From Octopus sinensis (lineage: Eukaryota): 64,000 bases of DNA. The notes under the pieces are model-generated. The model saw only the letters and a list, made by a program, of their open reading frames with translations, had not been told where the DNA came from and searched no databases. The stretch spans positions 20,522,001 to 20,586,000 of the forward strand of contig NC_043003.1 in assembly GCF_006345805.1 (NCBI RefSeq), written 5' to 3'. The position numbers were made by a program, and so were the translations under genes. The number at the start of each line of letters is the position of its first letter. Positions within the stretch are counted from its first letter, which is position 1. Shown here one piece after another: positions 1-13,788 of the stretch.

Positions 1-224
1 CATGATAAAAAAATATTCAGACAAATACATAACAAAAACACCAGGACTTACAAACCATATAACATACAGAAAATTGCACTACTAGGCACTGCACACATCC
101 TAGGCAGAACACTTTCCATACAATAACCATCAGAGCATCACAACAAATCACAGCACATACCCAGGCACACAGAGCTGCCTCGGTAGTGAAGTGAAAGCAC
201 GCTATAAAAATAAAAATAAACCTA

Positions 225-298
<74 letters not shown>

Positions 299-300
299 CA
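1..300 (+). mobile_element. R4/Dong-type non-LTR retrotransposon 3' fragment with (TAA)n tail
   Basis: MIKKYSDKYITKTPGL...HILxRTLSIQ-like ORF end plus 3' UTR, near-identical to the copy at 8544-8925 (opposite strand), followed by (AAT)n. Confidence 0.8.
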
Positions 301-349
301 TCGGCAAGAAATGGAAGCAAATTTGAAAGAAGAAGAAAAACCCATAATA

Positions 350-568
350 ATAATGGTTTCAAATTTTGGCACAAGACCAGCAATTATGGGGGAGGGTGCT
401 TGTCGATTAAATGAACCTCCAGTGTACAACTGGTACTTAATTTATTGACCCCAAGATGAAAGTCGACGTCGGCGGAATTTGAACAGACGAAATGCAGACA
501 GACGAAATGCCGCTGCGCATTTTGCACGGCGTGCTTACGATTCGGTCATCTCACCGTTTTAGAATAAT
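350..568 (-). mobile_element. tRNA-derived SINE, family A
   Basis: Reverse complement carries GTTCAAATTCCGCCGA (B-box-like) and the ttgtgccaaaatttgaaacca 3' end shared with copies at 45300 and 49125. Confidence 0.75.
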
Positions 569-582
569 AATACGGGTTTTAC

Positions 583-722
583 CAATGATGATGATGCAGA
601 CAACGATGATGATGATGCTGATGATGATGATGAAGACAACGATGATGATCATGAAAATAATAATAATATTAATAATAATAATAATAATAATGATGATAAT
701 AATAATAATAATAATGATGATA

Positions 723-779
<57 letters not shown>

Positions 780-871
780 GAATGATAATAATAATAATAA
801 CAATAATAATAATAATTTTTTCTATTATGGACACGAGGCCTAGAATTTGGGAGAGTGGATAGTCAACATAA

Positions 872-920
<49 letters not shown>

Positions 921-955
921 GTGGTGATGATGATGATAATGATGGTAATGATGAA
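583..955. repeat. (ATG)n/(AAT)n microsatellites
   Basis: Direct inspection. Confidence 0.95.
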
Positions 956-1169
956 GATATACTTAAATAAATAAAATTATGCTGTCTGCATTAGTTTATG
1001 CAGATATCTAGAAGAACATTGAATGAATTAGATTCCCTGATCTTGTTACGTTTGAAGAGATACCTATCTCATCATATAATTGCATAATGTGCACAAGTGA
1101 ATAAGCCATTGATAAACTTCATATTCTACACAATTATATGTACACACACATATATATATATTCTATATT

Positions 1170-1213
<44 letters not shown>

Positions 1214-1695
1214 TATATATATATCTATATATATATATATATATATATATTAAGAGGAAAGGGCGAAAGGGGAGAGAAAGAGAAAGACAGACAGAAGAAA
1301 CAGGTGTAATGTGTACGAGTCTCAGTGTCTAGACCGTGTCTATCTCTCCTCTCTTTCTCTCACTCTCTCTCTCTCTCTCCCATTTATAATCATTCTCTCT
1401 CAATCTGTGTGTGCGTTTGTGTGTCTCTGTCTCTGTGTACGTAACGTATAATTATTCAAAGCCATTTTCTTTTTCTTTTGAAAACATGGTTGAATAAACA
1501 AAGATGTGGTCTGACGAAAAGTTGCTTTTTGTTTTCCTTACAACAAAAAATTACTAGTAATCACGATAGATGATCTCGAAACCGTAAATTCATTTTACTC
1601 TACCTCTTTCTCTTTTCCCCACACCATTTATGCATATAAATGTTTGTAAATGTTTGTATATATATATACATATATACATACATACATACATACAT

Positions 1696-1727
<32 letters not shown>

Positions 1728-1817
1728 GTATGTACGTATACACGTGCACACACACATATATATATATATATATATAAATATATACACTTAATATATATAC
1801 ATACATAAATATAAACG

Positions 1818-1859
<42 letters not shown>

Positions 1860-1930
1860 GTATATATGTGTGTAAATATATATAGGTATAAATACATATA
1901 TATGTGTATGTATGTATTTATGTATGTATG

Positions 1931-1964
<34 letters not shown>

Positions 1965-2525
1965 TGTATGTATGTATGTATACTATACACACTCTTACAC
2001 AATGTCTGAATTGCCGAGTGAGTCGATGGAGTTAATGGAATAAAATACTTTAACATGTCAAAGTGTATTAAAAGCAACAGTAATTTTCCCATATTTTCTT
2101 TTTCTGATTTAATTAACTTCAGTTGCTCTTGGTGGTGTTGTTGTTGTTGCTGTTGATGTTGTTGCTGTTGATGTTGTTGTTTGATTAAGTGTACGTGGCG
2201 CTGCGGGGAAGTAGACATATTTTCCATCTTTCGCCTTTTGTGTTTGATAAATTATCGATAAATTTTATGTTGATATGGGTATCAAGGTTACTATCTTAAT
2301 TATTTGGAAATCTATTTGATACTTTCAGATCAAGAACACCGTCATCATCATCGTCTTCTATCTCCTCCTTCTTTTCATCATGATCATCGTCATCGTCCTC
2401 TTGAAGCATATATATATATATACATAAAACCATACAAACATATATGTGCTTACATACATACATACATTCATACATACATACATACATACATTACATAAAT
2501 TACATAATACATCTACAATATATAT

Positions 2526-2559
<34 letters not shown>

Positions 2560-2639
2560 AGTAGGTGTGAATGAATTATCATATCGCTTTGTTTACCATG
2601 TAGGCAATCATCGAAATTTTTGTTTGTTGTTGTCGAGAG

Positions 2640-2781
2640 AGGGTCCCTTTCTTTCCTGATGAGAAGATTGCATAATGCACCCTTTATTCTTTGGAATGAA
2701 AAACATGCTGTCTTCGAAAAATATGTCGAGAGTAAAGGAATTTCGTTAACATCTTCGTTCGACTCCATTCTTTCATTTATT
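2640..2781 (+). mobile_element. Penelope-type terminal repeat (pLTR-like) fragment containing a hammerhead motif
   Basis: Homologous to 28575-28720 (opposite strand), which lies at the 3' end of a Penelope GIY-YIG fragment; ends in (TA)n. Confidence 0.7.
2645..2738 (+). ncRNA. Type I hammerhead ribozyme motif, slightly degenerate
   Basis: CTGATGA at 2656-2662, stem II GAAGAT/GTCTTC, GAAA at 2716-2719, GTC at 2725-2727, stem I cctttctttc/gagagtaaagg. Position 15.2 is A instead of C. Confidence 0.65.
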
Positions 2782-2814
2782 CATATATATATATATATAT
2801 ATATAATATTATAT

Positions 2815-2888
<74 letters not shown>

Positions 2889-3119
2889 ATATATATAATA
2901 TATCATTATAGTTAGTGTTTCGCAAAAAATATTGCTAAAGTAACTAACATCCGCTGAGAAAGGGTTTGATACACAGCCGAGCAAGATGCAGAAATAGAAA
3001 GTGACTGTAACTTCGAAGTCTCGCTGGGCACGCCCTTTAAACGACGGGAAACAGCGAAGTTACAGACATAATATGTATATACATACCATGCGGGACACTG
3101 CGCTGAAATACTTTAGAAG

Positions 3120-3307
3120 CACAAATCCACCCCAGTACTTATTTTTGTTGTTTTACCGTCCGGTACTTGTTTATCAGTGTCTTTTGCCGAAACGATAAGT
3201 TACGGGAACGTAAATACACCCAAAACCAGTCGTCATATGGTGGTGGGGACACACACATACACACACGTGCGCACACACAATCGCACACACACATATCTAT
3301 ACATATA

Positions 3308-3349
<42 letters not shown>

Positions 3350-3499
3350 GATGGGTTTCATTTAGTTTCTGTCTAGCAAAACCACGTACGAGGCTTTGAT
3401 CAACCTGAGGCTATAGCAGAAGACACTTGTTCAAGGTGTCACACAGTGGGACTGAAGCTGAAACTATGTGATTGAGAGGCAAGCTTCTTATCCCAGTCA

Positions 3500-3500
<1 letters not shown>
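3120..3500 (-). mobile_element. tRNA-derived SINE, family B (internal CA/TA microsatellite)
   Basis: Shares gaggctatag..agaagacacttg.ccaaggtg.cac.cagtgggactgaa and ttttgccgaa...aagttacggg with copies at 12285, 25518, 50925 and 61840. Confidence 0.75.
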
Positions 3501-3536
<36 letters not shown>

Positions 3537-3544
3537 GTTAGAGA

Positions 3545-3948
3545 GTGTAAGTCGATAATATCCTTCCCAGTGCTCAGCTGGCGCTTATTTGCTTATTTTA
3601 TCGACTCCGGAATGATGAAAGACAAAGTCGGCCTCGGCGAAATTTGAACACAGAACCTAAAAACGGACGAAATGCCGCTAAGCAGTTGGCTTGGTGTTCT
3701 AACAATTGTGTCAGCTCGCCGCTTTCGTTGCACTTATGAATTTCGTTTCTACTATAGGCACAAGGCCTGAAATTTTGGATGAAGAGTCTAGTTGATGATC
3801 TCAGTAATTGACATGAACTGATGACATAGACCTCGGATGAAAGACATGCAAAGACGATCACGACGGAATTTGAGCTCAAAATGTAAACACGGACGAAATT
3901 CAGCTAAGCAATTTGCCTGGTGTACTAACGATTCTGTCACCTCGCTGC
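3545..3948 (-). mobile_element. Two tandem degenerate family A SINE copies
   Basis: aaagtcggcctcggcgaaatttgaac and gacggaatttgagctcaaaatgtaaacacggacgaaa match the family A head in reverse orientation. Confidence 0.65.
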
Positions 3949-4343
3949 TTTCGCTGCTCTTATAAATATAACATAAAATATATCGGTGTGTGATTTTATG
4001 CATATATAATCATTCGGATATATTTGTATTTCTGACTCAATGCCCAACTCACTTTAACTTCAAATATTTATATTTCATATGTTGTCTACATTGTCTATCT
4101 CGCTCTTTAACTATTGTAACTAAGCCAATTGCTTCACTTTTCTACTTAATATTTGAATATATATGCAGCATTGAAACTATGAAGATATATTTTTTTTTAC
4201 TAGTTTCAATTGACTTTTATATCATTGTTAATTTTCTTTCTCTCTCGCTTTCATTTTTTTCTCACTCCAATATTTTTCAATACAATATTTTTCGTAATAT
4301 TTTTCAGCAGCTTGCTTTTACAGTATTCTTTAGCGTCGATACA

Positions 4344-4419
<76 letters not shown>

Positions 4420-4420
<1 letters not shown>

Positions 4421-4580
4421 CGAGTATAACTAGCCGAAACTGCTAAGATAATGTGGTACTCGACAGGGGATAGAAAGTTCAGAATGACCCGTCCTTGTTT
4501 TTTCCTGTCCATTATTTGTATCATCTAACTGCCCGGATGTTTTGTTGTGTCCTGTTAGGTTCTTTTTCCATTTTTTGTTT
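4420..4580 (+). repeat. Dispersed repeat fragment homologous to 31170-31300 and 42660-42740
   Basis: Shared cgagtataac.agccgaaa.tgc.aagataat..ggtactcgac...gaatgacccgtc.ttgttt. Confidence 0.65.
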
Positions 4581-4582
4581 TC

Positions 4583-4621
<39 letters not shown>

Positions 4622-4659
4622 CACACACACATACACACACACACACCCACACATATATG

Positions 4660-5311
4660 AAATATCACTGACATCTCATTTTAACAAATATTCTTAGAAA
4701 AATTACATAAAAATATCTTAAAATACTAAAGAGTAAGTATATTCAATAAAATCACCATTGGCTTCAACGACGGCTTCCAAATGACTTTAGAATCTCCTGC
4801 GACTCTTCTGGATGGTTTCCTTGTTTAAGTTGGCATGGTGCAGGGTCTTGTTGCCAGACATGAGGTCTTCTAGCAACCACTCTCTAGACCGAGGGCTGCG
4901 CTATTTCTTTAAGGCACTTGATGTAGGCCTCCGTGCAGTGTCTGAAGCCGAGTGGTAGAATCAATGGAGGCATAACGTCGCTATCACTAGTGGTCACTCC
5001 AAACACCATGATGTTAACTGGATGTTTGATTATTATCACTCTCGGTACATGTCCTTAGGTTGCACTGTCCTCAGATTGATACCCAAGCACTCTGAAATGT
5101 TCGTATTCGAGCTTCTATCGTGAATGCTAAGCAGTACAGCATGTCGTTTCCAAAGTTTGGTGGAGAGAATTACGTCATGGTGCTGTTTTCCTCAGAGACG
5201 ATGCTCATCTGACCCTACTATACTGCGTAGTCGACAAAACCGAAAGCAAACAAGGCGCATGCGCGAAATAAAAAATACAAAATGGCGACAATTTAGCCTT
5301 TGCACCCTGTA
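4660..5311 (-). mobile_element. Tc1/mariner transposon relic with internal deletion
   Basis: Minus strand reads KHPVNIMVFGVTTSDSDVMPPLI...EAYIKCLKE...RPHVWQQDPAPC//NLNKETIQK...HLEAVVEANGDFIE*. TIR-like gcaccctgta ends near 5311 next to TA. Confidence 0.8.
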
Positions 5312-5681
5312 TATATATATGAAGATCGTAGGACATTCACAAACCATAGGCTCATAGGCCGGTTTCCCGGATACTATGGCGAATATATGTTCCCCCCTCA
5401 CTCATTGTTGCCAGCAGAATGGACAAACAGTGCTTTTCTCGGGTACATAACGTATCACCAGTTCCTGAGAGCACAACCTTATGATTTAGTGCAACATCCT
5501 AGCACTAAACCGCTCTCATCCACATAAATACACAAACACAAACACACACATGTATGTCTGTACGTGTGTGTATATATATATATAATTGTGCTCTTCTTTA
5601 ATAGTGCCATGGTTATTTTCATGCTATCATGTGTACCAGCCTCTTTCGTCCTTCTATAAGTCTCTTTCTCTATATCCTAGT

Positions 5682-5737
<56 letters not shown>

Positions 5738-5989
5738 CTTACATATACAGACACGCAACACACACATATTTTTTACGGATATGTTTCTCTCCACCCGATA
5801 ACTCAAAAACCATCATATAATACTACACAATAAAGTTCTTTATTCATCATAATTTAATTGAAATAGTAATGTAGTCGGAAAAATTGACAACAAGCGAAGT
5901 GTAGATTCAATGCTATTTTGACCAATATTTTTTGACCATTAAATTAATTTCACAAAGTAACAGAGAACGGGGAAGAATAAAGTGATAAA

Positions 5990-7095
<1,106 letters not shown>

Positions 7096-7442
7096 GGTAA
7101 ATTTCCCCCACCGCAATATTTATAGGTTGCAGTCGAAGCCTGTATTGAAAGTACTTCTCTTTAATCTATAATCATCAGATGTGGTATGCTTTTTCTTTTA
7201 CGTCTGCAACAGACGTTTTTTGGTTAATCGCTTTCCTCACTACAGGAAAAAAACTGCTGCAACAAAAGGCATGTTTGCGGGCGCGTGTGTGGTTTAACTA
7301 GCACGTGTTTCTGTCTTCATAAAGGCTTTTTTCGATATGTATACAGATGTGGTGTGTGTGTAGATATATCATTATTATGAATAATTATAATCGTTATTAA
7401 AAAATTAAAATTTATTTTGATTATTATTATTATTATTATTAT

Positions 7443-7492
<50 letters not shown>

Positions 7493-7744
7493 TCATTATT
7501 ACCACCATCACCATTTTTATTAGCATCTTCCAATTCTGTTTCCATTTTTTGTCGAGTGTCTTCCTGACACCTAGGGCAGAGAAACGTACTGTATGCATTG
7601 ATAGGCCATTAAAACAAGTTCACCAGATTGTTCATTTACAGAGTCATGTGATAGAGAAAAACAAGATAGAGAGAAAAAAGGAAAAATAAAAAATAGAAAA
7701 GTAAACAAATAAAATAAAGAGGGGAAAAATAAAATTTACAGCGA

Positions 7745-8145
7745 CAATGCTCTTCTCAATATGTGTGACGTACCAGTTAAGACAATCCTTTGCACTTCTT
7801 GCATGGATGGTTAGCCAGAGTCATTCTTTAATAATTTTCAGTTCCTTTTTGTATCATTCTAAGTGCTCCTGCCATCATTGGTATTGTAATCGTCTTGAGA
7901 TGCCACATCTTTTCGATTTCGATTAGCAGATCTTTATATTTTCTGAGCTTGTCAAATTCTTTTGCCGAGATATTATGGTCACAGGGTATTCTCATGTCAA
8001 TCAATATACAGACTTGTTTGTTTTTGTCTTCCACAACAATATCTGGTTTATTTGCCTTGATGGTCCGATCTGTACATACTGGCAAGTCCAAAAGAATAGT
8101 TACATTTACTCCCTCAGTTACAGCCTCAGGTTGGTGCTTGTACCA
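7745..8145 (-). mobile_element. R4/Dong-type non-LTR retrotransposon fragment (REL endonuclease domain)
   Basis: KWYKHQPE...IKANKPDIVVEDK...CILIDMRIPCDHNISAKEFDKLRKYKDLLIEIEKMWHLKTITIP contains the PD...D...K restriction-like endonuclease signature. Confidence 0.85.
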
Positions 8146-8147
8146 TT

Positions 8148-8300
8148 TGTTAGCACGTTGGACGAAATGCTTAGCAGTATTCGTCTGTCGTTACGTTCTG
8201 AGTTCAAATTCCACCGAGTTCGACTTTGCCTTTCATCATTTCAGGGTCGATAAATTAATTACCAGTAAAACCTTAGGGTCAATATAACCAACTAGCCCCC
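8148..8300 (+). mobile_element. tRNA-derived SINE, family A
   Basis: ttctgagttcaaattccaccgagttcgactttgcctttcatc core. Confidence 0.75.
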
Positions 8301-8339
8301 TCTTCCTAAATTTCACGCCTAGTGTTTGTAGTAGAATGG

Positions 8340-8388
<49 letters not shown>

Positions 8389-8406
8389 TATTATTATTAT
8401 TGTTAC

Positions 8407-8446
<40 letters not shown>

Positions 8447-8487
8447 GTTAATATTTGTTATTATTATTATTACTATTATTATTATTA

Positions 8488-8543
<56 letters not shown>

Positions 8544-8544
<1 letters not shown>

Positions 8545-8925
8545 CGTAGTTTTATTTTTATATCGTGCTTTCACTTCACTACCGAGCGCAGCTCTATGTG
8601 GCTTGGGTGCGTTGTGGTTTGTTGTGATGCTCTTATGGTTACTGTATGGAAAGAGTTTTGCGTAGGATGTGTGCAGTGCCCAGTAGTGCAATTTTCTGTA
8701 TGTTATATATATTTGTAAGTCCTGGTGTTTTTGTTATGTATTTTTCTGAATATTTCTTTATCATACTTAATGCGCCTACTATGATAGGAATTGTTTCTGT
8801 TTTTAGATTCCGCATTCGAATTACCTCTATTTCCAGGCCTTTGTATTTTGAAAGTTTCTCTATTTCTTTTAGAGACACGTTATCATCTGCCGGTATTGAT
8901 ACATCAATTAGAAAGCATTTCTTTA
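8544..8925 (-). mobile_element. 5'-truncated R4/Dong element inside a (TAA)n array
   Basis: KCFLIDVSIPADDNVSLKEIEKLSKYKGLEIEV...IPIIVGALSMIKK...GTAHILRKTLSIQ* plus 3' UTR, with (ATT)n on both sides. Confidence 0.87.
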
Positions 8926-8942
8926 TATTATTATTATTATTA

Positions 8943-8987
<45 letters not shown>

Positions 8988-9744
8988 CATTATTATTGTC
9001 TGACGTACTCAGCTTGTTGCTAGATGTGTCACAAACGCACTAACTATTATTCAATTCTCGTGTACTATGATGGTATCTTTTTAAATTTCGAGGAATTTTT
9101 CGAGACTCCTTACCCTACCAAGGACTGCTGTTCCCTGGATGTGCACTATTTTCATTTATATACTTCTCATTTCCAACCACATTTTTCACTTCTTTGCTCA
9201 CTATACCTACGGCACCAAGAACTATTGGAACAATATATACTTCAGTAATCTAATTTATATTACATGCATTCACAGCCTATCTGGGTATAGTTTTGTACGC
9301 ATTGGGCATATGCACTACATTATTATTTGGTATTTGTGTTTTTCTACTGAATTCACAATATCTTATGTGGTATTTGTTCTATGCTATATATTTATGTTTC
9401 AATTCCTTTATAGTATATACTGGCCTTCGATGGTGTTGATAGATCGATTAAGTATTTTTCCATGTGGTTTCTAACAATTGCATCCGGATGATTTGTTTTA
9501 TTCTCAATGTTTGCATGAATCGATCTAGTCAAAAGTATGTTACATTTATCGTTCTCTGCAACATTTGTGCGATATTCTTCAATGCAGTCATAATTTCTAG
9601 TGAATTAAAGCGCCCACTACTCTCTCGTTTTTTGCATGAGTATATACATGTATGTGACCTATATATTTACGTATTTATATATGTATATATATATATATGT
9701 GTGTGTGCATACTTTTATGTGCCTATGTGTGCTTATACGTATAG

Positions 9745-9800
<56 letters not shown>

Positions 9801-9989
9801 GAAGGGGGAGATAAATAGATAGATAGATTAATGGGTAGGTAGGTAGGTAGGTAGGTAGGTAGGTAGATCGAAAGTTTGAAAGTATTAATCCAATAAGTAT
9901 ATAATGTTCTTCCCAAACCCTTTTAATGGTTTAATTGAGAAGAAGCAGGACAATGCGAGGTTATTAAAGGTGATGCTAAAGGTTTGATG

Positions 9990-11200
9990 ATAAAGGTTTG
10001 ATGTTCAATTTGGACATCTGCACGTCGTCAATTTCAGGAAATAATTACGGAGGTGGAGCGGAGAATTCAAAAGAGAAGACGTTGTGGACGTGGTAGTTGA
10101 AACGGATCAGATAATCTGCTACTTCTGGTCTGTGATATTGAACAAACTGTGGCTCACAAGTGGAGAAGAGACGGATGTGTAGAATAGGCATGACGAAATT
10201 GGTAAATTAGTAAACAAGAAGCTGCTCAAAAGTAGCGTTGAAATATTCACAGTGTATGAGCCATAGGTTAGAATGTGTTGATATGGGTGGTACTTGATAT
10301 GGGAGTTTTGTAAAGTGTTAGAAGCTGGTTAGAACTGAAGTATTTTCTGGACATGAAAAAGGAATTTATGCTTTGAGGTTGGAGTTTTGCTATGGTACGA
10401 ACGCGTGATTGTTCGCCAAGAGATATATCATTAGGGATCATGAGATACAAGATAGCATGGTTATATGGTAAAAAGTTTGCTCCCAACGACATTATTCTGT
10501 GTTCAATCCTACTACGTGGACTATACATACATATATATATGTGTGTGTGTGTTTGTGATTGTGTTATTCTTCCACTGCCGCTTGACAATCGGTGCTAGCT
10601 TGTTTACGTCCCCGTATCTTATCGGTTTGGCAACAGTAACCGATAGTAAAAGTTCCAGGCTTTAAAAAAATCATACTGGTGTCAATTCATTCGACTAAGA
10701 CGGTGCAAAGTGATGCCTCTGCGTGGCCGAAGTGTAATGACTGAAACACGTAAAAGATAAAATATGGGTGTTTTTAGCTTTGTTTATTCGAAAATAGAGG
10801 GAGTGAAGCGTAGGATTATTTCTTTGATATTTGTCTTTGATTTGTTGAAGGAGATAAAACTGAGATGTCCCCAGTGGAGAACATTACGGCGATAAAAGAT
10901 CATGCAGGGAGAGGCGATTCGATGTAAGACGTCTAAGTTGAGAGTGGATGATATATCTGTATAGAAATGGAGTAAAGAGTGGTATCTTCAATATAGAAAT
11001 GATATTAGAGGTGATAGTAAACTATTCATTGGCGTACAGACCTAGCCGTATCTCGGCGACCTAACCGAATCTCGAAACAAGTTTGAATCTATAGGGTGCG
11101 GTTGATTAACTGTTGATAGTTTCCCTCGTTAACGCATTCTGAAAGGACACTTCTAATATAAGAGACGACAAATTGAGGAAGGCCATGGGTTTGCAACAAC
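9990..11200 (-). mobile_element. Degraded CR1/Jockey-group LINE RT relic interrupted by a SINE
   Basis: Fragments LHFYTDISSTL (YADD-like) and VRTIAK...FFMSRKYFSSNQLLTLYK; frameshifted. Confidence 0.55.
10455..10762 (+). mobile_element. tRNA-derived SINE, family B (internally deleted)
   Basis: Head tggttatatggtaaaaagtttgct...tgttcaatcc and tail cgcttgacaatcggtgct...gtttacgtccccgt...atgactgaaacacgtaaaag. Confidence 0.7.
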
Positions 11201-11230
11201 CTGTGAAATTTTCATAGGAAATTATTAATG

Positions 11231-11860
11231 AATAATTAATGAACCAGTCTGAGTACAGCAGACATATTTTATTTTATGTTTGATCACTTCAAACAAATAA
11301 CGCCTCTGACCCTGGCAATATATCGTATAATACCTTAAAGGATAATGATACACAGATGCTCTTACCTTCACCAAACTATTCAATGTTTCACTATCCACTG
11401 AGAAATACGATTTGTTGATGTCAAGTTCGACGACATAGCTGTCACCAACGTTCTAAAGTGTAATGGCTCCCAAGAGACTGGAATAGGGAAGCATGTTTCC
11501 AGTAAATCTGTCTCAACATAAACTGTACTGGGATCACTGAAGAAGAAATGAGACACAAAGAGCCAAAGATGGTGATCGTTAACGTCTATTTCCATCACTT
11601 TTGAGGTGTCGAAACGATAGGTTAATAATTGGTTGCGTCAGAGTAGGGACTGACTCAATGTGGCACTTTTCCATCGATTCAGATATTTCTCAGTGGATAG
11701 TGAAACATTGAATAGTTTGGTGAAGGTAAGAGCGTCTGTGTATCATTATCCTTTAAGGTAATATACGATATATTGCCGGGGTCAGAGGCGTTATTTGTTT
11801 GAAGTGATCAAACATAAAAGAAAGTATGTCTGCTGTACTCAGACTGATTCATTAATTATT
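11231..11860. mobile_element. MITE-like foldback with ~177-bp inverted arms
   Basis: 11231-11407 is the reverse complement of 11684-11860 with about five substitutions; 276-bp spacer. Confidence 0.75.
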
Positions 11861-12284
11861 GAGGTTTAATAAGTTTGTTTTCTGTGTAGTTTTCAATATC
11901 TGTTTCTTTATGACGTGTGATATTTAGTAGACGTTATTAACGTACCTCATTAATGTTGCTTTGGCGCATCTTACATATAAATTTTTAATTCCCTATTTTT
12001 AATTAAATTTACAAAATTGTCTTCAATTTACCCAAGGTAAGTAATTTTGTTATTGGTATTGGACTCGTACTTGCTTTTGTTATTGGTGCTGTACTGATGA
12101 CTAATATTTCGACTAAAAAAATATTCTAATAGTTAATCTATCTTACTTAGAACTTTCTTTTTTCTCTTATATCAGTCGGTTATTCTTTTGTCGATCAATA
12201 ATTTATTTTGACTGTCATACGAGTCTTAGCGCCATCACTACGTTCTTAAGATTGTACGATAACGTACAATCTTAAGAATATTTT

Positions 12285-12675
12285 ATTCTCTTGCTTGTTT
12301 CAGTCATTTGACTGCGGCCATGCTGGAGCACCGCCTTAAAGGGTGTTAGTCGAAGAAATCGACCCCAGGACTTATACTTTGTAAGCCTGGTAGTTATTCC
12401 ATCGGGCACTTTTGCCGAACCACTAATTTACCGTGATGTAAACACACCAGCATTGGTTGTCAAACCATGTTGTGTGTGGGGGGGGGGGCAAAAAACACAC
12501 ACACACATGCAGGCACGTGAACACAAATATATATATATACGACGGGCTTCTTTCAGTTTCCGTCTACCAAATTCACTCTTAAAGCTTTAATCGACCCGAG
12601 GCTATAGTAAAAGGCAGTGGGATTGGACCCGGAACCATGTGGTTAGTAAGCAAGCTACTTACTACACAGCCACTA
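12285..12675 (-). mobile_element. tRNA-derived SINE, family B, near full length
   Basis: ttgtttcagtcatttgactgcggccatgctggagcaccgcc ... ggaaccatgtggttagtaagcaagctacttactacacagccac. Confidence 0.85.
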
Positions 12676-12849
12676 TATAACTTTTTTCTTCTGAGGTAGA
12701 CGTTGATCTTTCGGAATAATATTTATGTTAAGAAATTTTGAACCTTAGGTTGGTAAATCATGGACTCGTTGGTCGGATCATTTGTCCTGTTGTCATCCTT
12801 CTGTATAAAGATGCTTAAGTGGTCGCTGAACCATTTGAGAGTTGTTTAA

Positions 12850-13330
12850 GTCTCTTTCAGTTACAGAAAACATTTGAGACTGCGCTAAGGATATGGATAC
12901 GTATTAGGATATTTATCCAAAAGTTTGGAGCATTATTTGAACTTCTTGATAAGATTTTATGATTTGGACATTTTTTGGACATTTTTATGTCTAATGATCC
13001 AGCGACTCTCAATGCGCTTTCTTTAAGCATTTTCATTTCAGTCGCGGTTGTTGTTGCTGTTTGGTCTCTATTATATGCTGTAGGAGTTTATTGAGAACCA
13101 TAAAATTCATAATTTCTTTTGAAATTGTATAATTTTCCGGAACATTTGTCATTTGAAATGATGTAAAAGTCCATAAAAGTCCAGCACATTGGTATCATTT
13201 ATTGAAACTGTAATCTTCAGAAAATTTATTTTGAGGTGTTTATTTTCTAGAAATAACTGTAGTCATTATTTTCATCACGAAGAATTCACTGCAATTTGGT
13301 AACGATTGTCGCTTTTTAGCACTCTTTGAT
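12850..13330 (-). mobile_element. Highly degraded RTE-like LINE relic
   Basis: Minus strand TATTTATEMKMLK resembles the RTE post-RT EMKMLR motif; many stops. Confidence 0.4.
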
Positions 13331-13361
13331 TTTAGGAACGAGTTTCATATATATATATATA

Positions 13362-13788
13362 TTAAATTAATAATAGAAGGGTAAAATTTATCAATTAAAT
13401 TAATTAATTAACAATTTTACCAAGTAGATCGGTGCGTTAAAATAACATTTATAGGTAAAATTATCCACGTAATTATAATTAGAGTTCAGCTAACTGCTTC
13501 ATCACACACCGAAATTAGAAATAGGAGTTAAAAATTCCCTTTCTGCTACTATACGAATCACCGTGAGATTCGTATGGAGATTCGTATTGTAGCAGAAAGT
13601 GAATTTTTAACTCCTATTTCTAATTTCGGTATGTGGTGAAGCAGTTAACTGAACTCTAATTATAATTATGTGGATAACTTTACCTATAACTGTTATTTTA
13701 ACGTACCGATCTACTTGGAAAAATTGTTAATTAATTAAATAATTAATTAAACTAATTAATAAATTTTACCCTTCTATTATTAATTTAA
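13362..13788. repeat. ~430-bp AT-rich near-perfect palindrome next to (TA)n
   Basis: ttaaattaataatagaagggtaaaattta...ctatacgaatc pairs with gattcgtattgtagcag...ccttctattattaatttaa; partial third copy at 14118-14213. Confidence 0.85.

Noticed and set aside
1520-1590. CTGACGA ... CGAAACCGTA resembling a hammerhead
   Set aside because: No pairing for stem I or stem II around the core.
1628-2227. Minus-strand 199-aa ORF with a polyQ stretch
   Set aside because: PolyQ comes from a (CAA/CAG) microsatellite and the frame runs straight into (CATA)n/(TA)n; no splice or homology support.
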